A DNA stretch of 64,000 bases from NCBI GenBank assembly GCA_000165425.1, contig CT868363.1:248001-312000 (forward strand), given 5' to 3'. Source of the stretch: Paramecium tetraurelia. Lineage: Eukaryota. Numbering within the stretch: the first letter of the stretch is position 1; the number at the start of each line of letters is the position of its first letter. Below the pieces are notes generated by a model. The model saw only the letters and a program-made list of their open reading frames with translations. It was not told where the DNA came from and did no database searches. Shown one piece after another: positions 52,802-64,000 of this stretch. The position numbers were made by a program, and so were the translations under genes.

Positions 52802-54934
52802 TCAATCTACCTCTTCCATTTTTGATTTGGTAGCCTCTGTGTTGGCAGTCTCACTCTTCTTTTCTAAGCTTGGCAATTTCTCATCCTCTTCTTCAATTGC
52901 TGCATCATCTATTGATAACCCCAATTTAATCATCTTATGAATCCTACTGGCAAAATGAGCTGGATCATCTAAACTAAATCCTGATGTCAATAAAGCTGTC
53001 TCATACAATAACCAAATGAGATCTTTAACAGTTTTGTCACTCTTGTCTTTATCTGCCTTCTTTTTCAATTCAGTCATTATTGGATGAGATGCATTGATTT
53101 CTAGAGTTTTCTTAGACATCATGTAACTACTCATTGATGGATCTCTTAATGCCTAAGCTTTCATGATTCTTTCCATATTAGCTGACCATCCATATTCCCC
53201 AGTTACTAAAACACAAGGAGATTACTCTAATCTTTATCCTAATTACACTTTCTCTATTTTATCACCAAGGATATCTTTTATTAATTTACAAAGACCTTCA
53301 AATTAAGATTTGAGTTCTTCAAATTTCTTCTTCTCATCTTCAGTTTAATCTAATTCTAATCCTTCTTTGCTGCAATTCTTCAATTTCTTTCCATCGAATT
53401 CTTTCAACTATTAAATAACATACTCATCAATAGGATCCACCATATAAATTACCTCATAGTCTTTCTTCTTCAAGCTTTCAACAAATGGTGATGCAGCTAC
53501 AGAAGCCTTTGATTCTCCTGTTATGAAATAGATATCCTTTTACCCTTCCTTCATTTTACTAATATAATCTTTTAAGGAGATTTGTTCCTCTCCACTCTTA
53601 GAAGTGTGGAACCTTAAGAATTCAGCCAATTTAGTTCTGTTAGCAGAATCTTCATGAATACCCAATTTGAGGTTCTTGGAGAACTACTCATAGAATTTCT
53701 TATAATCCTCTGTGTTTTCTGAAAGTTCTTAGAACATTTCAATGCATTTTTTAGTAATGTTCTTTTTAATAACCTTCAAAATCTTATTGTGCTATAAGAA
53801 CTCTCTCGAAATATTTAATGGCAAGTCTTCTGAATCAACTACGCCTTTAATAAATCCTAAGTATTCTGGAATCAATTCTTCACAATCGTCCATAATAAAA
53901 ACTCTTCTAACGTATAATTTGATATTATTCTTTTTCTTTTTTGTTTCAAATAAATCAAAAGGTGCTCTTTTAGGGATGAAAAGGACAGCCTTAAATTCCA
54001 GACCACCCTCAACTGAAAACTATTTAACACTCAAATGATCTTCCCAATCATTTGTTAAAGATTTGTAGAAATTGGCATACTCCTCTTTTGTGACTTCTTC
54101 AGGCTTTTTCATCCATAAAGGTTTATTCTTATTAACCTATTCAAACTCAGTGGTAACCTCCTTGATCTTCTTTTTCTTCTTCTTCTCATCTTTGTTCTTC
54201 TCCTCTTATACTTCTCCTTCTTCAGTCTTCTTCTCTTTATTATCTTCTTCATCATCACTAACCTCTTTCTCATGGGTTTTTTCAACTTGCAATTCAATAG
54301 GGAACCCAATAAATTCTGAGTGCTTCTTAACTAAATCTTTGAGTCTCTTTTCTTCTAAGAACTCTAAGTTGTCTTATTTAAGATGGAGAATGACAGCTGA
54401 TCCCCTAGTCAATTGATTGGGGTTCTCACTGTCATCATAGATAAAGAATGTTCCACCAGCTTAAGATTCCCATTTGTATTGTTGTTAACCAACTGCCTTT
54501 GAAAGCACGACTACTTTGTCTGCAACTAGGTAAGCTGAATAGAACCCGACACCGAATTGTCCAATCATAGAGATATCAGCTCCAGAATTGAGTGCTTCCA
54601 TGAAGGCCTTTGTTCCAGATTTTGCAATTGTACCAAGATTATTGATTAATTCATCTCTGGTCATACCTATACCGGTGTCTTGGATGGTTAAGGTGTTGTT
54701 GTTTTTGTCTGGAATGATTTTGATTTTGAAATTGGGTTCAACATTTAATCCTGCACTGTCTGGATCTGTAATGGACTTGTATCTGATTTTATCTAGTGCA
54801 TCTGAAGCATTGGAAATTAGTTCTCTGAGGAATATTTCCTTGTTGGAATAGAATGTGTTAATGATGAGTCCCATCAATTGTTGGATATCTGCATTGAAGT
54901 GGAATTGTTCTTCTTTGTTTTGAGTTGTTGACAT
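52802..54934 (-). CDS. HSP90: Cytosolic heat shock protein 90
   Basis: [34 protein letters not shown]-terminal MEEVD; intronless under code 6. Confidence 0.99.
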
Positions 54935-54990
54935 TGCTTAAATTAATTGTTGGTTCTGATGGCAAAGTGAGGGTATTTAAAAGGTTGAAA

Positions 54991-55052
54991 CTCTAGAATT
55001 TTCGAAAATCAAGAATTTCTATTTGATTTTTATAAATTGTTGTATTCTAGAA
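54991..55052. promoter_or_regulatory. Heat shock elements upstream of HSP90
   Basis: CTCtaGAAttTTCgaAAA (54991-55008; alternating nGAAn units, 2 perfect + 2 one-mismatch) and TTCtaGAA (55045-55052). Confidence 0.65.
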
Positions 55053-55155
55053 ATCGGTAAAGTTTTGATTAAATTTGATAATTAATTTAATGAATGATGA
55101 TATAAAGAAATATATATATACTTTATAATTGTATTATAATGTAATTAAATTAATA

Positions 55156-57444
55156 ATGTAAACATCAGATAATGCAAAAGCTTCACGCAAAGGGTTGGGA
55201 TTGCTCCTCAATCAGCATCATCGTCAGCACTTTTCAGAGGACTTTCAAAGACCTTAACAATTGGGAACTCCGAGGTCTTATATGCAAGCATTGCCTAAGA
55301 TGAGTACTCAATTCAACTCAGTGAGTACTACAAACTCAAACACTAGGAAATTGATAAGTGCGGAGAGACCCACAATCACCATTGCTGAAGAGCAGGATTC
55401 ATATGGTTATAGATAGCAAGACCAATAGGATGAAGAACTCTTAGTAACTATTTATTAAAATGCAGCGAATTCGTGAAATGCATGAAATTCTCAAATCTAG
55501 ATGCAGCACTTTGGATCTATTGATCTCAGTAATTGGTGGCAAAGAGTTTGTCCACAACATAAAAAATCAAACTACTTTATAGAAGATTTAAGAATTGTTA
55601 AAGAGCATTTCTTAAACATTATAACAATCTGCAAAGACTGAAATTGAATTAGGATTCAAGATGAGGGAAATAGAGAGGAAGAATAGTATTTTAATTAACT
55701 TATGCTAGTTAAGTATTCATCATTATAAATGAAGTAACTGAAATTATCAGATAAAAATCAATCTCTGCAAAGTGTGATTGATGTACATAGTTAGAAGACA
55801 AATAAATTATTGGATGAGAATTCCAAATTATAGAAACAACTTAAACAAGAAAGGAAATTAAATGCATCCAATTCCAAAAAGATCACAGCCTTAGAAAAAA
55901 GAATTGAGTTCTTATTGGAAAACGATGTTAATTCTGCCTTGAATCCCAATGACAAATTGAGGAGCAGTCTCAATGAATTACTCAAAGAGAATGAATTAAT
56001 AAAAAGAGAGTTCGAACACAAGAAACAAGAATTAGAGAGAGTCCAAGGGAAACTTAGTTAATACACATAGCTAGTTAATCGCTTATAGAAGACAATTGAC
56101 AATATGAGGAAGAAAAATCAAGATGATATGGGCAAAGATGAAAAATCAGTGTTTAGAAAAGATGACATTGATTTATTAGTAAATTTTAGAATACCTTAAA
56201 CTTTGGATTTCAGAGTAGTTAGTTAAAGATTAAACAATTAACATTTATTAAACGATCTAACTGATAAAGGTGTGTTAGCCACTTGTCAACATAATTTTAC
56301 ACTCCCTGTGGAATCCCAAAAAGAACAATTCTAAATCATAGCCTAATAATTGTTATCTTATAAAGAATTTGCTGAAAAGATGAATCAGTTTTTCTTTTAT
56401 ATGGAACAGTTTAGTAAATGTCTCCTATTTGAAGATGTAATATACATTTATTAATTGTAGATTATACACTAGGTCAATAGAGTATTACCTCAAGTATTTG
56501 GATGCGAATAGGTGAGACTATGGTTAATTGATGGAATGAATGGAACCATATTTACCTATTTAGAAACTGGCAATCAAATTAGAGCTTTATAACATAAGGG
56601 TCAAGTGGCTGATGTCTTTAAATTGAGATCTGCCTAGAATATCTCTTAAGCATCTTAGAAACCATTGTTGTATAGAATAAATGAATAGGAATAACCTGAT
56701 TATGCTAGAAATGCTTTGTTGTTGCCTTTGTTTTGTGAAACCAATGATGCTATCAGAGGTGTTTTGGAAGTAACCAATACTGAGAATGAATTCTTTTCAT
56801 TTGACGAAGAATACTTTGGTATTTTGGCATCTCATTAACTTGGGCATCTATTATAAAGATTAATTGATAAGTAACAAATCTACTAGATTTAGTTAATCAT
56901 GGCTAATCACATAGAAATACAGAGGGATGATGATGGATGGATTTACTAATCTTATGAAGAGTTAGAGCAAATAGGAGTTCTCTTCTAAAGTGTAATTGAG
57001 TCTTAGTTAAATATTTGGATTCTCTTAAGTCTTGTTTTACTTCTTTGAAGATAGTCAACTAGTTGATTACAGTGGTCAAGATGTTAAGAAATACGATGTT
57101 TAGTATGGATTAGCCGGGATGGTGGCTCATACAAAACAGAAATTGATAATAAATGATGTAAAAAACTCAATTCATTTCAATCAAGCAGTAGACATTAAGT
57201 CTATTCTACCAATATTCGCCCAACCCTTATTAGATAAAAATAATAATACAGTTGCTGTTATAGAAGTAACGAAAATGTGTATTTATTTTAGACTTGTTTA
57301 AAATGTAAACTAAAAGTATAGGTTGAGAAGGATCAACTACTCTCACCAAGTGAAGGAGTCTTAGGAATGGAAGAACCATTAACTAAACAACTAGCTGATT
57401 TTGTTGATATTATAGTAGCAGCCTTGTGTAATATAAGATTCTGA
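55156..57444 (+). CDS. Coiled-coil + tandem GAF-like domain protein
   Basis: FGCEQVRLWLID..KGQVADV..ALLLPL..IRGVLEVTN..FSFDEE and GLAGMVA..IINDVKNSIHFNQAVD..IFAQPLLD..VAVIE. Confidence 0.75.
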
Positions 57445-57459
57445 TTTTAATTATTTATA

Positions 57460-58702
57460 TCATATAAGAGGTGGGTATTCATAGTCACCAAATTCTGATG
57501 GTAATTAATAAGTACCAGGCCCAGGAACTTAATTAATCTTTTAACTAATTTACATTATTTATTCTTGATATCTTAGGTTTGTCTATCCTAAAATCCGAAT
57601 CTGAAACCACTTCTTGTTGAATACTATGATGGTAAATAGGTTCTGAGATCTCCAATATTTCCAGGAGGATCATAAGTGCCAGGACCTGGAATTCTCTTGA
57701 GTCTTTTAGCGATAGTGGTCGAGGGAGAAATTACAGGAGCTCCACTGCTTTTGAATCTTCCAAAAAAGTAATTTCCTTTTGCCGTGAGACCTCCCACATC
57801 GTATCGACCAGGAGCTGGAGTTGTAGATTAGAGATAGATATCTGATAGTAATTTAAATAGCTATACGTTTTGCTGAGGTTCTTTCACCCATTGAATATTT
57901 GAAGGTTGTTACTATATCTTTTACTTAATATAGATTAGGAGCGGGATTTCTATTTGGACGTCCATGTATTCCTTTGATCATGGTTTCATCTCTCCCATAT
58001 CCAAATTTAATCCCTGGATTAAGAGCCAATTTGACATTGTAATCAGTAGGTCCTGGAATATATTTGTCTTTCTTAGTGAAATCAGATTTATTTCCATATC
58101 CGAGAGCAGCTGCCCTTTTATTCAATTGCGTTTAGATTCTACAATAAAATTACAAAATACTATGAGTCATAAAATTAAATAGAGCAGTAGCTTTCCTTAG
58201 CTTTCGAGAATCTTTCAGCTTTCGAAAATGTATATTGTTGTTTTGAATGAGATCGATTAATTTAATCATGTACTATTTTTGTATCGAATTATTCTGATGT
58301 TCTGAAATGCAACAACGATTGAGTATTTCGTTTGCTATATATTTATTCTAAAGTTTTAAATGTCCTTTCTGACGATGTTTTTTATCCATATTACTTTTCA
58401 GTTTCCATTCTTTTATTCATCTCCTTTCTCTGAGTAGTGGTCTTCACCTCTTCTTGAGAATCAAACCTTTTCGAATTCGGTTTTACAATCTATTATCTAT
58501 TCTCTGGCTGATCCTCTGTCTATTACTAGGGAGGATCTTGAAAATCTATTCTCTGTTATTCACCTTCATTCACCTCGCCATCATCTTGTTCCTGTTGATC
58601 CTATTGTATCTCATTCTCTGGCTCGACTTGTTCTGCTTACTTGTTCAAATTCTCTTCCTTTTACTACTAGAGGACCTCTTCTTCTCGTAGTAATTAATTC
58701 AT
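57460..58702 (-). CDS. ODF3/SHIPPO-type PGP-repeat ciliary protein
   Basis: Repeats IPGPTDY, TPAPGRY, IPGPGTY, VPGPGTYQLPSEFG; acidic Q/E-rich N-terminus in the same frame. Confidence 0.85.
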
Positions 58703-58768
58703 GCTTAATAAATATTTTATAAATATTCAAATATGTATTATATTAAAATAGAGTGAAAATTAGGAGAA

Positions 58769-59482
58769 TCAGTTCTGAATTTTCAAATATGGATGTAGCT
58801 CTCCATTATACTTTTTGTGTATAGTATAATAGAAACGATTTTTGACTTAATTTTCCTAGAATTTAAGAATTCAGAATTACAGATCTGTTGTTCAGCTGCT
58901 TGGCTATCTAAGCCCAATGAGGTCCATTCTGCTAAAATTCCTTCATTATTATTTAGTCCTCTCCTTCGCTCCACTCCTTATGATTGAGTATTGGGTTTAT
59001 TTGATTTACATATCTATCTCTGACTTGCTTGGATGTCCTTCCCGGAAGTTCTATATTTAGTATTTTGACATAATACTTTCAGCTATCTTAATCCATTGTC
59101 TTCCAAACTACTCGTAACCTTCCAACAGTATTTTATCCTCCAGACTCGACCATTTACTCTTTGTTCTTTTATCTTAATCTTAAAGCTTTCGAAACTTCTA
59201 TGAGCACTGGGAAATGTTTCTTCCTTTCAAGTGTTTTATGACCTTTTTCCAATCCCCATGATACTACTTATAGTATTTTACTAGGTTGTCCACCTCCTCT
59301 TTAGACCATAACTATCCTTTTCCTCGCACTATTCCGCTTGCATTCGTTTGTTCTTGAATATTTTCTACGGTTTATTCTTTCTCAGTATCTGAAGCCTCCT
59401 CCTTAACTAAGGGCTAAGGCAACTGAAAAGAATAAAAATATGGTAAGCAGAAGAACATTGAGTTAACAGGGTTTATAAACAT
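58769..59482 (-). CDS. Three-repeat Myb DNA-binding protein
   Basis: WSKEEVD..W; KWSSLEDKIL..GRQWIKIAEKLPGRTSKQVRDRY; WSEGED..GPHWAQIA..RSENQVKNRF. Confidence 0.92.
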
Positions 59483-60475
59483 TGAATAAATTAATAAACG
59501 CTATACAAATGATTCCATAAAATGCTGTCATTTTATGGAGCATTCTGTATAATGTTACTTCAACAAATCTCCTCTTTTCTAAACTTGAGTCTTTTCCAAT
59601 CAAGAAGGCCTTCAATATCATTTAATATATTAGTTTAAATATTATTTTTGTTCACTTTAATACTTTTAAATCATTCCTCATGAATATTACTAATTTATTT
59701 GTGTCCAAAAATTTATTCCTCATGTGGTTTTATAATTGAAAATCACTTCCTAATTCTTCGCTTGAACCTAATAATCCTTTTGATAAAACTTAAAAATTAT
59801 CTAAAATATAAAATAAATTTAATTATTTTTTTATATTTATATATATCGAATTATAAGACAACAATATAATTTCTAATAAAATATATATAATAAACTTTAT
59901 TCATGTGTAATAAATTAAGGCTTTGGAAATAAGTCCTTTACAAAATTTATTTATATTGAAGATCAAAGATCCCGAAAAATATGGTTATTCGATTTTAGAA
60001 TCAAAAGCATGGATTTCTTAGATTTATAATGTAGGAATCAAAATTATAGCTCTAATAACAAATTATTTAATAACTATTTTAAATTATATTTTTCTTTCTA
60101 ATTGACAGGTTACAGAATGAAATTTCATGAATCTACAAGACATTTTGAATATACCATAGCAAGCAAATTCATATTCATTAATTTACACACTTTTGTCACC
60201 TTATCAAATTTGTTGGTTACTTTGAGTGATGCAATAACATCTGTAATATTGAATTACAAAAGTAAAGATTATTCAAAATTATATTCTTATGATTAAATAT
60301 AATTATGTTCATGAATAAAGGACATCCAATTAATTCTAAAAAGCAGAAATAATAAATAATCTCTGTAGAAAATATAATACTATTTTTCTTCAATAATCAT
60401 ATCAAATTGCCTTGATTTATCAGTTTGTTATGCATAAAAAGTATTTCATTTAATATAATAAACAACTTTTTGAAA

Positions 60476-61448
60476 ATGCAAAAAAAAACGCCATTAGATA
60501 GACACTTAATTTTGGAGATGTTTTACTAACCGGAATAAGGGTTCGCATAATTTCTTCTTAAAAATTATTAGTTCTCATTCTAATAGTTGCCTACTGTAGA
60601 GGAAATTAATTCTATACTAAATTCTGTGGAAAAAGCTTACAACAGTAAAAGGGGAATGTGGACTCCTTGCTAAGACAAATTCTTAAATTTATTGGTGCTT
60701 GGTACATGCTTGAAAACATAAGAAAGTCCTGTTGACTTAGTAAAATAATTTAGAATTATTCTTCATAGTCCTCCTATTAATGGGAATAAATTTCAAGGAT
60801 GTTCAGATATCATAATTGGAAAGGCTGTAGGAATAGATGGCTGGAGGAGTGTCATCAAAAGGTTAGTTGGACTCCAGCGGAAGATTAAGTTTTAATATAG
60901 TTATAGTAATTACATCCAAATAAATGGTGTGAGATTGCAATTGAGATGATGAAAATTTGCAAGACTCCCTACATTCGATAGGGGAAATAGTGCAGGGACA
61001 GGTGGGTGAATAAATTGGACCCAAATATAGTGAAGTAATTCGTATATAAATGTATAGCCTTCCGTGGACAAAGGAAGAGGAATTGAAACTATTTAGAGAG
61101 ATAGAGAAGAGAGGGAAGAGATGGGCTGAGATTTCATTGAAGGTTTTTAAGTTGAGAAGAACAGAAAATACAATCAAAAACAGATATTATAATTTATTAA
61201 AATAAGAGGAAAATAAAATTAAATTAGGCAAAGTAACAAAAGATGAAAAGAATGAAATATTAGTCAAATCTATCATTTAATAACTTGAATAATCAGTGGA
61301 CTGCAAATACCCTCTGAAGAATGAAGAAACATAAGATTCACAAAATCAAGAGTATCATTTATAGATTTTTGATTACAATCAATTACAAAAGCCCTTAAAA
61401 TTAGTTTGTTTAGTTAAAAGAAAGATCGTCAAATTAAATGAAATATGA
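60476..61448 (+). CDS. Three-repeat Myb DNA-binding protein
   Basis: WTPCQD..CRNRW; WTPAEDQVL..NKWCEIA..RQGKQCRDRWVNKLDP; WTKEEE..GKRWAEIS..RTENTIKNRY. Confidence 0.92.
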
Positions 61449-61524
61449 CAAAATTTATTATGCTATTGATTTATTTATTCTAATTATTTCTCAAATTATA
61501 TCATTTCCCATATGTAATAAAATT

Positions 61525-62378
61525 ATGAATTGTTAAATTTGCTTCCTTGACAAATAGATGATTAAACCTGGAGATTGTTCTCATCAATTTTGCAAGTAAG
61601 CATATATAAATCAAAAAGAGAATGCGTCATCATGTATTTGAAAGAAGCAATTCAGAGTGGTAGTGTATTTAAGATTACATGTCCTGCTTGCACCGCAAAA
61701 TACAACGCTTTAGTAATCAAACAATATTGCGAAGACTTGTTTCCCAAATATTTGGAGTTAAAGCAGAAGGCTATAATAACCTGTTCTGTATTACAAACTA
61801 TTTACAATCTAGGTCTGTAAAGAGGATTTAAAAACCCACAAGTGTGGTACCAAGGTTTGTTCAAGGTGCGGTGAAATTCACTCTGGATAGTGTAGCTAAA
61901 GATGCCCAAACTGTTTGATTCCAATAGAAAAAATTAGCGGATGTAATCATATGGTTTGTAAATGTAAATATGAGTTTTGTTGGATTTGCAAAGGATAATA
62001 TAGTAAATATCATTATAGATTATGGAATATATTTGGATGTCCATGTAATATATGTAAATTATTACAGTTCCGGGATCAATGATGAGATCTATAGAGCCTT
62101 TACAATAACCCATGTTATTACGATTACTGATGGTTCTACCCAAAATCATAGCATTCATACTAATATTCTGCATCCTGCTCTTAATATATCCATTTTTTTG
62201 TTTAATTATCACTGTTAAATTCCATTATCAATAATTTAAAATCAAAAAGTAAGTCTTAAATTAAAATTATATTAGAATCAGAATATTATTGGTATTTCTA
62301 TTTCCATTGACTTACTTGATACATTTTTTTTATAAAGGAATATTTGTTGTGCAGCATAAATTACATTCTCTTAGTTGA
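61525..62378 (+). CDS. RBR (RING-between-RING) E3 ubiquitin ligase with C-terminal TM segments
   Basis: RING1 CQIC..CSHQFCKEC..CPAC; RING2 [27 protein letters not shown]; hydrophobic C-terminus; 4 introns. Confidence 0.9.
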
Positions 62379-62472
62379 AAATATATTAAAATAATGTATG
62401 TTTATATTTAATATGCAATATTTTTAGGTGAAATATCGTCACTTAAAAATTTTATTAGTATAATATTTAATT

Positions 62473-63383
62473 ATGCAATAGTAAGAGATTTAACTCAATA
62501 ATTATGATGATATCTCATTCAAAATATAATAATCCCAATAGAATAAATGTCTATTGGAATAATAAGCATCACATTATGAGATGAATAAACAAAATGAGAG
62601 TGTTTTTACCACATTTGAAAATTTTGAATGTTAACCTGAATTATAGCAAAAATTGGCAGATGCAATTAAATAAGAAACTCTCTAATTTAAATAATACCGT
62701 AAGTAGGTATCTCAAACTCTGCAGGAAGCATAATAAATAGTCGTTGATTATTTTTAAGAAACGAAAAAAGAAATTAAAAAGATAATAAATTCCTTAAAAA
62801 CTACTGAATTTCAATACAAATTAACTCAAAATTCATAAGAAAAAATAAAGTAATCCTTGATTGATCAACCATTCAAACAAAAATACTAGCAAGAAAAGTT
62901 TGATGACATACTATAAATGTTGAATATTTTAATTTAATATTCTAAATCATTTCATTAATTAAAATTTGAGATATCCAAAACTGAACAATTGTTTAATAAT
63001 CAAGTTTAAATCACAGGTAATCATTGTTTTGGATTAAAACATGGGTGCCATTTTTATAAATTTTAAGATTTGCAATTCAAAGTATATCCTATATTTACAT
63101 ATTAAAGGGAGGAGAATATAAATATGGTGTAAAGGAAGGACAATGGAAGGAGATAATTTGGGCAAGATCAGAACCCATAGAGTTAATTTATGAACAAGGA
63201 TAATATATAAACGATAAAAGAATTGGAGAATGGAATACAATTGATTTAATAGCAAACTAGATTTTGAGCTATGGAAATTATGATGAATTTGGAAACAAAC
63301 AAGGTAAATGGCTTGAAATGAAAATAAAATAAGACGAAAACAATAATATTAAGTAAATATTAATTTTCATTTAGAATTGTTGA
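62473..63383 (+). CDS. Coiled-coil + MORN-variant repeat protein (3' end ambiguous; may be fused to the downstream PH ORF)
   Basis: GGEYKYGVKEGQWKE, GQYINDKRIGEW, GNYDEFGNKQGKWLE. Confidence 0.7.
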
Positions 63384-63397
63384 ATGGCATCAAAATT

Positions 63398-64000
63398 ATG
63401 TAAATGATTTCCCATAAAATGAAAGAAGATTAACATCGATTATCAGAGTATTAAGAGATATTAAATATATAGAATTCCTTAATTTTGAGTCAAGCTAACT
63501 GTCCTTAAATTCCAATAACGGAGGGATATTTAATTAGATAAGGAAAATAAAAATAAGGAGATAATGAGATATTTTTGTAATTGCAACCTTAAGGCTAGAT
63601 GCTTTATTTATTCCAATCCTAATCCTTTAATGCTTAACCTATGTAAGAATTATAGTTTAAATAGTGAAATCATCAATTTGATTAACATTCATTCAGTGTT
63701 TCATTAAAAAAACTCAAAAAAATAGGATTTAGTTGAAATCAATTTTCTGAATGGTAAAAAGGCGTAATTTATGGCTAAAACAGAACGTGCTGCTAAAAAA
63801 TGGGCTGAGTCATTTAATTAAGCTCTTTTGTACAATCAATGGATAACTGAAAAATAAAACTCATCAATATCTGTCTCAGATGCTTGTGAAGACGATAATA
63901 ATGATAAGGTTTTTATTGAGGATAATGTTTTACAAAATTAAAATTATTAGTATCTGAAAGAAGGATTTGATGACATCTCTTCATTAGATATAAAATAATT
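63398..64000 (+). CDS. PH-domain protein (runs off window end)
   Basis: ITEGYLIRQG..MLYLFQS..PIEIINL..QFMAKTERAAKKWAESFNQAL; 22-nt intron ~63643-63664. Confidence 0.7.

Noticed and set aside
53742..54851. Plus-strand ORFs overlapping HSP90
   Set aside because: Antisense shadows with no independent motif support
60038..60330. Small ORFs between the Myb genes (either strand)
   Set aside because: No recognisable domain and strand ambiguous

Overview
Gene-dense, AT-rich eukaryotic DNA. It is almost certainly somatic (macronuclear) Paramecium sequence: TAA/TAG read as Gln inside conserved genes, TGA is the only stop, introns are 20-32 nt GT..AG, and intergenic gaps are as short as 2-50 nt. The supplied standard-code ORF track is therefore fragmentary, and I rebuilt the gene models by hand with code 6 and tiny introns. 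About 40 genes are present. Clearly recognisable ones are HSF, an SNF1/AMPK-like kinase, a VPS9 GEF, a Cys-rich surface protein, MORN proteins, a CNBD K+ channel, two CBM20 proteins, SDHAF3, V-ATPase subunit a, CRAL-TRIO, TRM112, SPEF2-like, profilin-like, RPS7, a dual-specificity phosphatase, HSP90, a GAF protein, an ODF3-like PGP-repeat protein, two 3-repeat Myb factors and an RBR E3. Top candidates for novelty are (1) a compact RNase III + dsRBD protein whose catalytic acids are substituted, with a 32-bp duplication over its likely start, and (2) an F-box fused to cullin N-terminal repeats, next to a ubiquitin-like gene. There is also a frameshifted surface-protein gene and a decayed centrin-like pseudogene. 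I saw no RNA genes, transposons, telomeres or IES-like insertions. All domain calls come from motif recognition by eye, not from database searches.
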